Virus record (IMG/VR): IMGVR_UViG_3300038701_001123
Span: 165-64,164 of that record
From: a virus
DNA length: 64,000 bases
Strand: one strand, 5' to 3'
Under the pieces are notes generated by a model. It did no database searches. It was given only the letters and a program-made list of their open reading frames with translations, and had not been told where the DNA came from. A program made the translations under genes and the position numbers. Shown one piece after another: positions 23,311-32,800 of the stretch (its first letter is position 1; every line of letters begins with the position of its first letter).

Positions 23311-25170
23311 TTAGTCAGCGCAAGCACCTGTCTTTCTGCCGAACTCGTCCAGTGCGCAGGATCCAGAAAAGCCATCCTCTTCCTGGAGTTCAGCCAGCTT
23401 CTCGGTCTCCCGATCTTCAGCCTCGTGACCATCAGCCGACTTGATGGGTTCATCGTAATTCCCAGCGGGACGGTAGGTTGTGAGACCTTTTGCTCCGTTC
23501 TCCCACGCCATGAAATAGATGTCCTTGAAGTCATCGTAGGGCATGTCAGCGGGAACGTTGCAGGTTTTGGACACTGCGCTGTCTGACCATCGCTGAGCAG
23601 TACATAGGACCGCAACGTGCTCGGCAGCGGTGATGTTGCCGCTCTTCACTGTGCGACCCTTCACACCAAGATTCTCGATGCCATAGTCGGGGATGACCAC
23701 AGTCTCCATACCGGATTTCATGATGACGTTGCGCTTCTGGGTGTAGTCGATGACTGGCTCGATGCCCGAGGACACATTGTCGGCATACAGGGAGATCGTG
23801 CCCGTGGGCGCAATACTGGTCAGGTGAGAATTCCGGATGCCGTGGCGTTTTATCAGCTTCACGGTATCTTCCCACAGACCCTGGACAAACTGCGAGGATA
23901 GATACTTGTCAGCATCATAAAGTGGGAATGAACCCTTTTCAGCAGCCAGACGAGCCGAAGCCTGATAGCAGTGGTTTGCGATAAACTCACCAAGCTGATC
24001 CTGGAAGTCTACGAACTCAGGGGTGCCGTAAGGGAAGCCCATTGCTTCGAGAGCGTTTGCAAGGCCGGTGATCCCGAGACCCATACGCCGCTTCCTTTGA
24101 GCTTCGATCCGTTGTTCCGGAAGGGGATACCGGCTCCGATCGATCACGTTATCCATGGCCCGTACGACATGAGGGATATCATGTTCCAGAAGCGGCCAAT
24201 TGAACGAATAGGTTCCGTCTTCATTGAGGATAAGGTATTTCACAGCGTTGAATGAGCCCAGGAGGCAGGCACCGTAGGGAGGGAGAGGCTGCTCTCCACA
24301 AGGGTTGGTGGCAGCGATCTTCTCGCAGTAATAGAGATTGTTCATCTCGTTGATGCGATCGATGAAAAGCACACCCGGCTCAGCCCAATCGTAGGTTCCG
24401 CGCATGATCATGTCCCACAGGGCACGAGCATTGACTTCACGATAGTCACGGCCATCGAACTTGAGCATGAAGGGTCTATCGTCCCGAACACATTCCATCA
24501 GTTCATCGGTAACACCGATAGACATGTTGAAACCACGGAGAGGGCGAAGGTCCCAAGGAACAGTGTCGTCCTGGACCTGCTTCGCACGTATAAACTCTTC
24601 GATATCCGGATGGTCGCAGCGTAGAACCATCATCTGTGCGCCCCGGCGATTACCGGCCGAAGCCGTAGCGCGGCACACCATGTCGAAGATACCAGCGAAG
24701 CGCAGCGGCCCATCGGTGGTGCTGTCAACACCCTTGATGATATCGCCAGATGGACGCAGCGTTGAGAAGTCGTAGCCCACACCGCCGCCCTGACGCATGG
24801 TCGTTGCAGCCAGCTTGGCGACGTCCATAATGCTTTCGGAGGGGAATTGACCAGAAGGAACCATCATGCGTTCTGCTTCGGTGGGACCATCGACAAAGCT
24901 GTCGTGGATAGTGGGCATGACAAAGCAATTGTAGAGTGTCACGTTCTTCAGTGAACCTGCCCCGGCCAAGACACGTCCAGGAGGCGAGAAACGCTGTTCC
25001 ATGGTAATCGTGCGGAATGCCATATAGTGATCATGATTGTCTTGCAGAAAGCCCGCCACGCGGTTGCTCATCTCTCTGTGATCTTCGTTCTTGCCTCGGT
25101 ATTTTTCTGCGCCGATAGCATCGCAGTGTGGGTTTCGTGGACCAACCATTCGTCTCGTTCCTTGCATCAT
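23311..25170 (-). CDS. nrdJ: Class II (B12-dependent) ribonucleotide reductase
   Basis: LYNCFV, GGGVGYDFSTLRP, ATNPCGEQPL, CLLGSFN, RNSHLTSIAPTGTIS; no NrdB gene seen. Confidence 0.9.
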   Translation of the reverse strand: MMQGTRRMVGPRNPHCDAIGAEKYRGKNEDHREMSNRVAGFLQDNHDHYMAFRTITMEQRFSPPGRVLAGAGSLKNVTLYNCFVMPTIHDSFVDGPTEAERMMVPSGQFPSESIMDVAKLAATTMRQGGGVGYDFSTLRPSGDIIKGVDSTTDGPLRFAGIFDMVCRATASAGNRRGAQMMVLRCDHPDIEEFIRAKQVQDDTVPWDLRPLRGFNMSIGVTDELMECVRDDRPFMLKFDGRDYREVNARALWDMIMRGTYDWAEPGVLFIDRINEMNNLYYCEKIAATNPCGEQPLPPYGACLLGSFNAVKYLILNEDGTYSFNWPLLEHDIPHVVRAMDNVIDRSRYPLPEQRIEAQRKRRMGLGITGLANALEAMGFPYGTPEFVDFQDQLGEFIANHCYQASARLAAEKGSFPLYDADKYLSSQFVQGLWEDTVKLIKRHGIRNSHLTSIAPTGTISLYADNVSSGIEPVIDYTQKRNVIMKSGMETVVIPDYGIENLGVKGRTVKSGNITAAEHVAVLCTAQRWSDSAVSKTCNVPADMPYDDFKDIYFMAWENGAKGLTTYRPAGNYDEPIKSADGHEAEDRETEKLAELQEEDGFSGSCALDEFGRKTGACAD

Positions 25171-25180
25171 GGGTTTCCTC

Positions 25181-26419
25181 TCACATTCTGACTACAGTCA
25201 CGGCGTCGGCCGCACGGGTTATCGCAGTATAGAGCCACCGCCATTTGTCTTTGCGGAAGCAGTAGCTTTCATCGAAAACACAAACATTCCGCCATTGACT
25301 ACCCTGCGCTTTATGGCAGGTCAGAGCATAGCCGAATGCGAATTCTTGTGCTTCACGTTTTTCGTACCAACCGAGTAGTTCTTCTGTGCCGAGGAAATGA
25401 TGCTCGTGAGCATTTACTTCTATCGACGCGAGACTATCCTCTGGGTGAATTGACATGAACACCTTAGAGTCCATGACCCCTTCCACATCAGACACTTCAA
25501 AGATGGCCCCATTCAGCAAGCCTAACTCACTGTTGTTTCGAAGGCAAACCAATCTGTCTCCGAGTACGGGGTAAGGATCCGTGATCCCTTTCAGTTGCCG
25601 AAGTTTCGCGTTGGTCAGCTTCCTTGTCTTGTTTTTGCCGACCAGTATCTGATCGTAGGACAGCATTGTGTCGGCGTCCAGCTTCGTGCCGGTAGGGTGA
25701 ACGTAGCATCCTTCTCCCCATTCTCCAACTGTAAGTGGGATATGATTGCGAGTATCCGTAGCCATGCGGATGATCGGGCTTTCTTGGGCTTGCCGATGGA
25801 TCTCCGTAAGCATGATGTTCGGGGTAATGTTCTCAGTAAAATACCCTGCGCCTCCGACAGGAGGAAGCTGCGCTGGATCGCCCAAGACGAGGACAGGTGT
25901 TCCGAAGCTTAGAAGGTCTTGACCCATTTGCGCATCGACCATGGAGCATTCGTCGATTACGATAAGGTCGGCATCACGGGCGGCGCTTTCCGTGTTGAGA
26001 ATGAACATGGGCTGTTCAGAGTTGTCGGCTTCGACTTTGATATCTTCCTTGAGGCGGCGAACCTTTGGATGATCCTCAATGAACTCATCTTTCAGACCGC
26101 TTTCATTGAGTTGTTTGACAAGATTCTCGAGTTCGAGTTCCAGTTCTTGCAGACGGGCTCGGCTCTTGTCCCGGCTGTGATATATCAAGCTGTGAATTGT
26201 CTGAGCATTCTCACAACCCTTCTGACGTAGAACGTGGGCGGCTTTGCCTGTAAATGCTGCGAATATAACGTCTCCATCAACACCTTCGGCAAGGTGCTTT
26301 GCAAGAGTTGTTTTGCCGGTGCCAGCAAACCCAAAGAGATGAAATACCTGATGATCGCCGTGATTGAGCCATGCGTTGACTTCCATCAATGCACGATTTT
26401 GTTCTGGACTGAAATCCAT
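25181..26419 (-). CDS. RecD/Dda-like SF1B helicase
   Basis: GFAGTGKTT, IVIDECSM, LGDPAQLPPV, YALTCHKAQGSQW, LYTAITRA. Confidence 0.9.
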   Translation of the reverse strand: MDFSPEQNRALMEVNAWLNHGDHQVFHLFGFAGTGKTTLAKHLAEGVDGDVIFAAFTGKAAHVLRQKGCENAQTIHSLIYHSRDKSRARLQELELELENLVKQLNESGLKDEFIEDHPKVRRLKEDIKVEADNSEQPMFILNTESAARDADLIVIDECSMVDAQMGQDLLSFGTPVLVLGDPAQLPPVGGAGYFTENITPNIMLTEIHRQAQESPIIRMATDTRNHIPLTVGEWGEGCYVHPTGTKLDADTMLSYDQILVGKNKTRKLTNAKLRQLKGITDPYPVLGDRLVCLRNNSELGLLNGAIFEVSDVEGVMDSKVFMSIHPEDSLASIEVNAHEHHFLGTEELLGWYEKREAQEFAFGYALTCHKAQGSQWRNVCVFDESYCFRKDKWRWLYTAITRAADAVTVVRM

Positions 26420-26440
26420 AGAGAGCCTCCAATGAAAGGG

Positions 26441-26474
26441 TGAGGGGCGAGCCTCGGGGAAAGCCCGCCCCTCA
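26441..26474. terminator. Inverted repeat after SSB gene
   Basis: TGAGGGGCG...CGCCCCTCA; weak U tract. Confidence 0.45.
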
Positions 26475-26504
26475 GGGGGTAGATGCGCGTCCTAACAGCC
26501 CAAC

Positions 26505-27365
26505 TTAGAACGGCATCTCATCGTCGTCGCTCGACCCGGAGCCGCCGCCCGAGGAGCCGCCCGACGATCCATCATCCGATCCAGTCACGCTGTCAAAGTC
26601 AGGCTTCGCCAGACCATTCAGGATCATGTCACGGAAGTCTTTTGCCTCTTCCAGCAGAGCCATGTTCTCGCCGGGGTTGATGAGGCTTTCGCGCCACGTT
26701 TCAGCGAACGGGTGGATCGCAAAGTTGAAGAACGAACCATCGTTGTTCTTCTGCTTCACGGTGGAGACCCGCGCACGGTTCGCAAACATGGGCGGACGAC
26801 CCTTCTGGGTATACATCGCGGTCATCCAGTCCTTCTGCACCTTGATCTTGGTGCTGGAGAACGCGAGAACGCAATAGCTGTCGACCGTGGTGCCTTCTTC
26901 GTCCAGGATCAGACAGTAGACGTAATAGGTCTCGACCATTTCGCAACCGTCCGGCCCCTTGAAGGGGATGCGCTTGCCATCGGCCCCTTTCGGTGGGATG
27001 CGGGAACCACTATTGGCCTTGATCACAGCCTTCACTTCGGCACTGTCAGGTTCATACCGGCCCATCACTCCGCCACCTTGGTTGCGGGGACGCCAGCCAA
27101 CCCAGACCTCTTCCTTGTGAACCGGGATCACGCGCAGAGGTTGCGTCATGATTTCCTTGGTCACGGAGTTCAGCAGATCACCAGCTTTGGAGCCTTCGAT
27201 CGTCTGGTCTTCGACCTCCGGAGAGTTGGTTTGCAGCACGTTCACGAAGGGAATGGACAGATCGTTGATCGTCGTATCTTCGAAGCCGCTGTGAGACATA
27301 TCGCCATAGTCGTAGGCTGCGCCCACTGCGGTTGATTTGGCTTTCGCCACGTCAGTTTTCGCCAT
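26505..27365 (-). CDS. ssDNA-binding/annealing protein
   Basis: Gly/Ser linker and acidic DDDEMPF C-terminus; replication-module position. Confidence 0.7.
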   Translation of the reverse strand: MAKTDVAKAKSTAVGAAYDYGDMSHSGFEDTTINDLSIPFVNVLQTNSPEVEDQTIEGSKAGDLLNSVTKEIMTQPLRVIPVHKEEVWVGWRPRNQGGGVMGRYEPDSAEVKAVIKANSGSRIPPKGADGKRIPFKGPDGCEMVETYYVYCLILDEEGTTVDSYCVLAFSSTKIKVQKDWMTAMYTQKGRPPMFANRARVSTVKQKNNDGSFFNFAIHPFAETWRESLINPGENMALLEEAKDFRDMILNGLAKPDFDSVTGSDDGSSGGSSGGGSGSSDDDEMPF

Positions 27366-27544
27366 TTCTGAGTTCCTTGTTCAGAGTTAGTCAGTATCTC
27401 CAGGGTATCCCTCCTGGCAGAGTAGTATAGGTAGAGGGTCGGTCAACTCCCTCATTCATCCGCCTTCATTACCCTTCGGCATCTGGCTTGGTCCACCTTC
27501 CCGCCTAATAAGTCTCCATCCGGACTGCATCCTTCATGCTCCAC

Positions 27545-28093
27545 CTATTCCTTAACCTTCGCGACACGCTGGCGGAAAATGCCAAACGTCTCACGAGGTA
27601 ATTCCACGCCCTCGCCAAGCTGTTCCTTGACCCATGCGTTCAGAGTAGCATGGTGGACGGTATAATTCTCTTTCATGACCAGCGGAGTTTTCATCTTCTG
27701 GACATGCTTTCGGAAGGCTTCAACTTGCTTGTCTGAGCCTTTACCGAACTCGAACGTAAGCTGGCGCTTCACGATGTGACCATAGTCGTTCTCGTCGAGC
27801 CACGCAATTGCGGGGATGCGTTTCTCACCAGCGATGCTTGAACGGATGTCTTCTTTGACCTCGAGTGTGCGCCCATCGGATAGTGCAAACTTTCCCTCGA
27901 GACCGTCTGTCGCATTCGGGATACGCATTTCTGCGATTTCCTTCACAGCGTCCTTGGCTTCCTCCAGTTCTTTTTCCTTGAGGGCGACGTAGGCTTCGGC
28001 GGCCTGGAGTTCGTCTGCCAGTTGGATCAGAACTGTGTCAAGATTTCCAGGAGTTTCATCCTCCCGGAAATCTGCATAGGGATCGTCTTGCAT
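27545..28093 (-). CDS. Conserved replication-module hypothetical protein
   Basis: AIAWLDENDYGHIVK and VHHATLNAWVKEQ motifs common in this phage type. Confidence 0.7.
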   Translation of the reverse strand: MQDDPYADFREDETPGNLDTVLIQLADELQAAEAYVALKEKELEEAKDAVKEIAEMRIPNATDGLEGKFALSDGRTLEVKEDIRSSIAGEKRIPAIAWLDENDYGHIVKRQLTFEFGKGSDKQVEAFRKHVQKMKTPLVMKENYTVHHATLNAWVKEQLGEGVELPRETFGIFRQRVAKVKE

Positions 28094-28157
28094 TCTGTGA
28101 TTTCCTCTTGGGCTTCGGGCTAGTTCAACCTAGCCTATCTGCCAGCAAGTGACAACA

Positions 28158-28496
28158 TCAAAATATCTTCGTGACAATCTCCGTGTACTCGCTATGTCGT
28201 CCACTCCACTGGAGGAACTTGACACGACCTTCATTGTAATGAGCAGCCAGCGCAGTTGACATTCCGATAAGACCGGGGTTGCCAATCAGCAGAAGATGAT
28301 CATCGTCGCAGAAGCCAGACAGCTTCTCGTGTAGGTCGCCCAAGACGAGTTCAGGGTTGAACGGGTGCGCAGATGGCGAGAGGAGATACACGATCTCACC
28401 CCACCGCTGCGCCTTGTTGATCGAAGGGAACCGGGGGACCAGTTCCTTCTTGTGAGGATCGAACCTCATCTGTTGTTGAACCGCAAATACGGTCAT
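28158..28496 (-). CDS. Conserved hypothetical protein
   Basis: ATGA overlap with helicase stop. Confidence 0.7.
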   Translation of the reverse strand: MTVFAVQQQMRFDPHKKELVPRFPSINKAQRWGEIVYLLSPSAHPFNPELVLGDLHEKLSGFCDDDHLLLIGNPGLIGMSTALAAHYNEGRVKFLQWSGRHSEYTEIVTKIF

Positions 28497-29962
28497 ATCC
28501 ATTCCTTCCAGGGATCGCCCTGAATTTCAACAGCGATGTCTCGTTTGTTGCGAAGATTGTCAACGATGCGTTCATCCACTGTGTCATTCGCGACGATATC
28601 AATGTAGTTGACGGGATGCTCGTCCATGCCCGCACGGTGAGCGCGGTCTTCGGACTGCAGACGGTCAATGAGGCGGAAGCTGTTGCTATAGTAGACCATC
28701 GTCTTTGCCTGAGTAAGCGTAAGACCTGGACCGCCCTTCTGGGCTGTTCCGACGAACCATTTCGCATCGCCAGCTTGGAAGGCAAGTTTATTTCTCTCGG
28801 CCTCATCGTCGTCGACTGAACCATCGTATCGTACGGCCTCATTGCCGAGCAGATCCATGAGTTGGTCGACGTCATGCTTGAAACGCGCCCACACGATCAC
28901 CGGGTGGTGTGTCTCATCCCGAATACCTTCCATCACGTTCAGTCTCGGGTTCTTTGCTGTAAACATATGAATCGGCTCATCTTCGCCAACCGGAACATAG
29001 TTGCAAGTGATTTGCTGGAAGCGCAGAAGCTTCACGATTGGGAGTTCTGCTGTGATGATCTCGTCACCAACTTCCAGCATCAGTTCTTCTTCGAGAGTCT
29101 CGTACGCGGTTCTCTGTTCGCGGGACATATCGAAGTAACGCTTCGAGTACAGCTTCGGAGGCAGGTCCAGGACATCATCTTTGAGCACCCGGTCGCTGAT
29201 CTCTTTGAGCCATTCCTTGAGTTGATCAATGTTCTGATATTCCAGCAGCTTGTCGTAGCCGGGATCATATCCATGCAGCCTTTGACAATCGGCACGAGTG
29301 AACCATCGCCCAAAGTGCTGACGGAACTCCACAGAACCGTGGATGCCCTTGTTCTTCCAGAAGAACTCGTCTAAGAAGCGGATCTGCGAGTACAGATCAA
29401 ACGGGCCAACTGCGATCGGAGTGCCAGTGAGTATTCGGCGGAACGGCGCATACTTGCCAGAAGCGACGATAGACTTCGTGCGCTTGGCGTTAGGAGTCTT
29501 GATATTGTGCGCCTCGTCCAGCACATAGAGAACTCTCCGCTTGCGTAGGAATAAGCGAACAGTCTCCTTCCCCTCTTTGGTCATAAATGCGTTGTAGCTG
29601 ATCAGTAGCACGGAAAGACCATCCCATGCAAGGAGGGCATTCATCAGACGCTGGTGCATCTTGGTCTTTTTCTTTGCAGTATGGAACACACCGACCATGA
29701 CATCGAGAGCGTATTCCGGAGGCATGTGCTTTGGGATTTCGTCGGTGTTCCAGTTCCGTTCAACGCCGGGAGGAGCCACAACCACCAGAGCATCGATCCT
29801 GTCATTTGCAAACAGGTAAGCTGCGGTATCAACGATTGGCTTGGTCTTGGCTGTTCCCTGCTCCCAGAGCAGACCCCACGCTTTCTCTTCAACGTGTTCT
29901 GCAAGGTGTTGTTTCTGGTGCTGGAAGGGTTCGATGACGTGCGGGAAGTCTTGAATATCCAT
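28493..29962 (-). CDS. SNF2-family helicase
   Basis: WEQGTAKT, LDEAHNIK, ILTGTP, GGPGLTLTQA, QSEDRAHRAG. Confidence 0.9.
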   Translation of the reverse strand: MDIQDFPHVIEPFQHQKQHLAEHVEEKAWGLLWEQGTAKTKPIVDTAAYLFANDRIDALVVVAPPGVERNWNTDEIPKHMPPEYALDVMVGVFHTAKKKTKMHQRLMNALLAWDGLSVLLISYNAFMTKEGKETVRLFLRKRRVLYVLDEAHNIKTPNAKRTKSIVASGKYAPFRRILTGTPIAVGPFDLYSQIRFLDEFFWKNKGIHGSVEFRQHFGRWFTRADCQRLHGYDPGYDKLLEYQNIDQLKEWLKEISDRVLKDDVLDLPPKLYSKRYFDMSREQRTAYETLEEELMLEVGDEIITAELPIVKLLRFQQITCNYVPVGEDEPIHMFTAKNPRLNVMEGIRDETHHPVIVWARFKHDVDQLMDLLGNEAVRYDGSVDDDEAERNKLAFQAGDAKWFVGTAQKGGPGLTLTQAKTMVYYSNSFRLIDRLQSEDRAHRAGMDEHPVNYIDIVANDTVDERIVDNLRNKRDIAVEIQGDPWKEWI

Positions 29963-30005
29963 GGGTTCTCCTTTTCTAACGCCAGTATAGCCCAAGGGAG
30001 CAGGG

Positions 30006-30270
30006 TTGGCAATACTGACTATACTAGGACTGGTTGTCTCCGAGACTAGTATTGCCATCTCAAGTTATTGTTTTTATTACTATAATTTATCACTGACTAT
30101 ACTGACTATACTGACTATACTAAAATTTCCGGCAGGGTACAGCCGCCACGCCCTGCACCGCTGGGCAGTGTTGCCAGTGTTGCCAGTATAGTCAGGCGAA
30201 ATCTTTTGCTGCAAAGCCAACGGGTTAGGACTTTGGAGATGACATCACTTGACTATACTTGGCAATACTA
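30006..30270. repeat. Iteron-like non-coding region (ACTGACTAT repeats), candidate replication origin
   Basis: ACTGACTAT x3 tandem at 30092-30118, copy at 30014, inverted copy 30185-30195, AT-rich tract 30065-30090, TTGGCAATACT direct repeats at both ends. Confidence 0.65.
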
Positions 30271-30279
30271 GAGAAGCAG

Positions 30280-30786
30280 TCAGTGTTTCATTTCGTAGTG
30301 TGGTCCGTCGATGAAATCAGGTCCAGGATGCCTGATCGTATAGGCACGAACTTCCCGTTTCATCGCCTCAGCGTACGACTCTGGGCTGTTCAGTGTCCTG
30401 GGAGCGTAGTCGTCCATCTCGCGGTCCCATACACCACCCCATCTGAGTTCGAGGTCCATCTCGCGACTCAGATAAGCCATACAGCCAGCAATCGGATAGA
30501 TCAGCGGCCATTCCCAGCGCGGTGATCCAACCCAAGGGACGAGGTCCACAGCCTCGCCATATCCACTGGCCTGTTTCTGATGTTTGGATTTGCGAGAACG
30601 ACCATCCAGCTTGGAAGCGCCCCGCTTGTAGAGTTTCATTTGCATAGAGGCGGTACGCAGACCACCATCATTGAGGATTGTGAAGTCGACGGGTGTGATC
30701 TTGATACACTCTTCGACGAGAGCAACCAGTTCGGGGTGGACCCCTTGCAGGTTTTTCTTGGATCTTTCTCCGAGTCTATATGCCAT
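30280..30786 (-). CDS. Endolysin, M15-family L-Ala-D-Glu peptidase
   Basis: GGLRT..MQ..LY..GASKLDG....SKHQ, GEAVD, LRWGG.W, DGPHYE. Confidence 0.88.
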   Translation of the reverse strand: MAYRLGERSKKNLQGVHPELVALVEECIKITPVDFTILNDGGLRTASMQMKLYKRGASKLDGRSRKSKHQKQASGYGEAVDLVPWVGSPRWEWPLIYPIAGCMAYLSREMDLELRWGGVWDREMDDYAPRTLNSPESYAEAMKREVRAYTIRHPGPDFIDGPHYEMKH

Positions 30787-31348
30787 TTGGGTTCTCCTGT
30801 AATGGATAGAAGGAAGTATATGTCAGCCAGAGTGGATGACACTGATGGGCGACCACAGCGTAAGTTCCAATGAGGGAGCGAACACCGTAGATACGCCAAG
30901 GTCCGGACAACTGACGCCCAACAGGGCGAGTGACCGGAAGATCATGAGACTCAGGCTCAAAGTCCACGAGAAGTCTTTGGCCGGTTGGAGAGAACCAACT
31001 TAGTGATGCGGCAGGCTTTTCAAAGGCTGAAAATGTGAAACTCTCCCTTTCAGGAACAAAGAATTCACAAGTGCGAATTTTCTCAAATTGAACATAGATG
31101 TCGACATAAGGGTCTTCCCATGTCGGTCCAGCCTCTTCATGAAATACTAAAGGAAGGTTCTCGCCGAAAGTTTCGCTATCTGGATCTGTATCGATCGCAG
31201 TCACCACGACGGGAAAGTATTGCCCTTCATATTTTGAGAAGATGGGAAATACAAATGGGATTGAACCGACAAGTACGAGCATGATGAGCGTTGGCACACT
31301 CAACCAGAATTTCAGTTGTTTGTCAAGAGCCAACACTAAATCCCCCAT
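30776..31348 (-). CDS. Membrane-anchored hypothetical protein in lysis cluster
   Basis: N-terminal TM helix. Confidence 0.65.
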   Translation of the reverse strand: MGDLVLALDKQLKFWLSVPTLIMLVLVGSIPFVFPIFSKYEGQYFPVVVTAIDTDPDSETFGENLPLVFHEEAGPTWEDPYVDIYVQFEKIRTCEFFVPERESFTFSAFEKPAASLSWFSPTGQRLLVDFEPESHDLPVTRPVGRQLSGPWRIYGVRSLIGTYAVVAHQCHPLWLTYTSFYPLQENPNGI

Positions 31349-31598
31349 TCACCAGGAACGCCATAAACGCGGCAACGATGCCAGCAACAATCAACCATAC
31401 GATTTTCAGGAGGTAGCCTTTGACGTCGCCGACATCTTGCTCTAACTTATCGAAACGACGATCCAAATGTTTGTCCCTTTCCATTCGTACTGCTCGATCA
31501 GTTTTGGCCTCAGAAACCATACGCTCAAGAGACTGGAGACGTTGGTCATGAGAACTCAACTGATGCTCGATGCTTGTGAGTCTTTGCTCGTTATCCAT
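31323..31598 (-). CDS. Holin-like coiled-coil plus C-terminal TM protein
   Basis: Coiled coil followed by IVWLIVAGIVAAFMAFLV. Confidence 0.6.
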   Translation of the reverse strand: MDNEQRLTSIEHQLSSHDQRLQSLERMVSEAKTDRAVRMERDKHLDRRFDKLEQDVGDVKGYLLKIVWLIVAGIVAAFMAFLVNGGFSVGS

Positions 31599-31797
31599 TG
31601 GTTTCCTCATCAGTGAAGACCTGCCGCAAATCTTTCTTCTTTACATACTCTTCCGAGACCTTCAATTTGAAAGCCGACAAGTCTTCAGAGTTTTTGGTGA
31701 TTTTCCGCCACAGGTTCCACAGTATTGTTGCAACGATACCGGTGAGTGTGACAAGGATGCTGAATATGGTCAGTAGTTCGCCGAAGGTTATACTCAT
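31591..31797 (-). CDS. Small membrane protein (lysis cluster)
   Basis: N-terminal TM helix plus coiled coil. Confidence 0.6.
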   Translation of the reverse strand: MSITFGELLTIFSILVTLTGIVATILWNLWRKITKNSEDLSAFKLKVSEEYVKKKDLRQVFTDEETNG

Positions 31798-32099
31798 TCC
31801 GTAAGCCTCCGATCACGATCTGCATAGTATTCGATAAGTTGTTGGAGTTTGTAACCGCAACGAATAAGTCGTTCACGGTCATTGATCCAGAAGAACTCAA
31901 CCTCACTTTGGGTTAGTTCACGATCCGGCAGCACGATCGGTCTCTGGCAAGCCTCGACAAGCCCAGAGGGAGGAGGGTCTAGCCTCGGAGGTTCAACGGA
32001 CCCGATTGATTCGCTGCACGCTGTCAGCATTGATAGCGCGGCGACCAGCTTCGGGGTCTTCCTCAGCTTCTCGCAATATGTCTGCAATCTCTGCATCAC
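31794..32099 (-). CDS. Rz1-like outer spanin lipoprotein (start uncertain)
   Basis: LTAC lipobox, Pro-rich, overlaps the Rz-like gene. Confidence 0.7.
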   Translation of the reverse strand: MMQRLQTYCEKLRKTPKLVAALSMLTACSESIGSVEPPRLDPPPSGLVEACQRPIVLPDRELTQSEVEFFWINDRERLIRCGYKLQQLIEYYADRDRRLTE

Positions 32100-32367
32100 G
32101 TTCTTCTAGAAGTCTCTCAAGTTCTCTTTGTCTTTCCATTGCAGCTTGAAGGGCTTCATCGTTCGCTTCGATCTGACGATGACGTTCCTCTTCTATAGCT
32201 GTTTGATATTTTTGCTCAGTGACATTGACCCCACGGTCGTAGCCTTTGTCGTAGATCAGCCACCCGATAACGACAACAGCAAGCACAGCCAAGAGATACG
32301 GCAAAAGACGGGCCAATGCAACCCCTGCGCGTTTCCCGAACCAGCCTATGAACAGTGAAGTTAGCAT
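31993..32367 (-). CDS. Rz-like inner spanin
   Basis: N-terminal TM, YDKGY, periplasmic coiled coil. Confidence 0.7.
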   Translation of the reverse strand: MLTSLFIGWFGKRAGVALARLLPYLLAVLAVVVIGWLIYDKGYDRGVNVTEQKYQTAIEEERHRQIEANDEALQAAMERQRELERLLEERDAEIADILREAEEDPEAGRRAINADSVQRINRVR

Positions 32368-32381
32368 GTTACGACCCCTAC

Positions 32382-32423
32382 GGACGCGCTGGATGCCAAG
32401 CCCCGCACCATAGTACCACCAGC
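32382..32423 (+). repeat. Bipartite element copy B: GGACGCGCTGGA-N21-ACCACCAGC
   Basis: Direct read; start of GA/TC-free island 32393-32499. Confidence 0.85.
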
Positions 32424-32488
32424 GCCGCCACAGGGGCAGGCACAGGGGCGCTTGTGGGGCGCTTGGGTATGGTGGCACCGGGCAGGCA

Positions 32489-32800
32489 CTACTTGCCCTC
32501 CTGCGGCGCTTCTGGTGGGTCAATAACTTCTTTATAAACCTTCACTCCATCACCTCCAAACTTTAAGTCATTCACTTGGGTAACAGTTGATGCGGTAAAA
32601 TAAGAAACGACAATTGTAGTACACATTCCAAAAAGAGTACCCAAGAGGAAGCTGAGCTTCTCAATTCGATCTGCTCCATCTTCCGTCGTCACACCCTGCC
32701 AAAGCATCCATCCTCCGACTACAAGCATGAACCAGAAAGATATCCATGCCATCCTACGGCGATTATTGAAACGCTTGTCTTTCATGATTTGATCATTCAT
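32489..32800 (-). CDS. Putative holin (2 TM)
   Basis: RRRMAW followed by two TM helices. Confidence 0.6.
   Translation of the reverse strand: MNDQIMKDKRFNNRRRMAWISFWFMLVVGGWMLWQGVTTEDGADRIEKLSFLLGTLFGMCTTIVVSYFTASTVTQVNDLKFGGDGVKVYKEVIDPPEAPQEGK

Noticed and set aside
30092-30121. CRISPR array or leader
   Set aside because: 9-nt tandem units without unique spacers; no cas genes.
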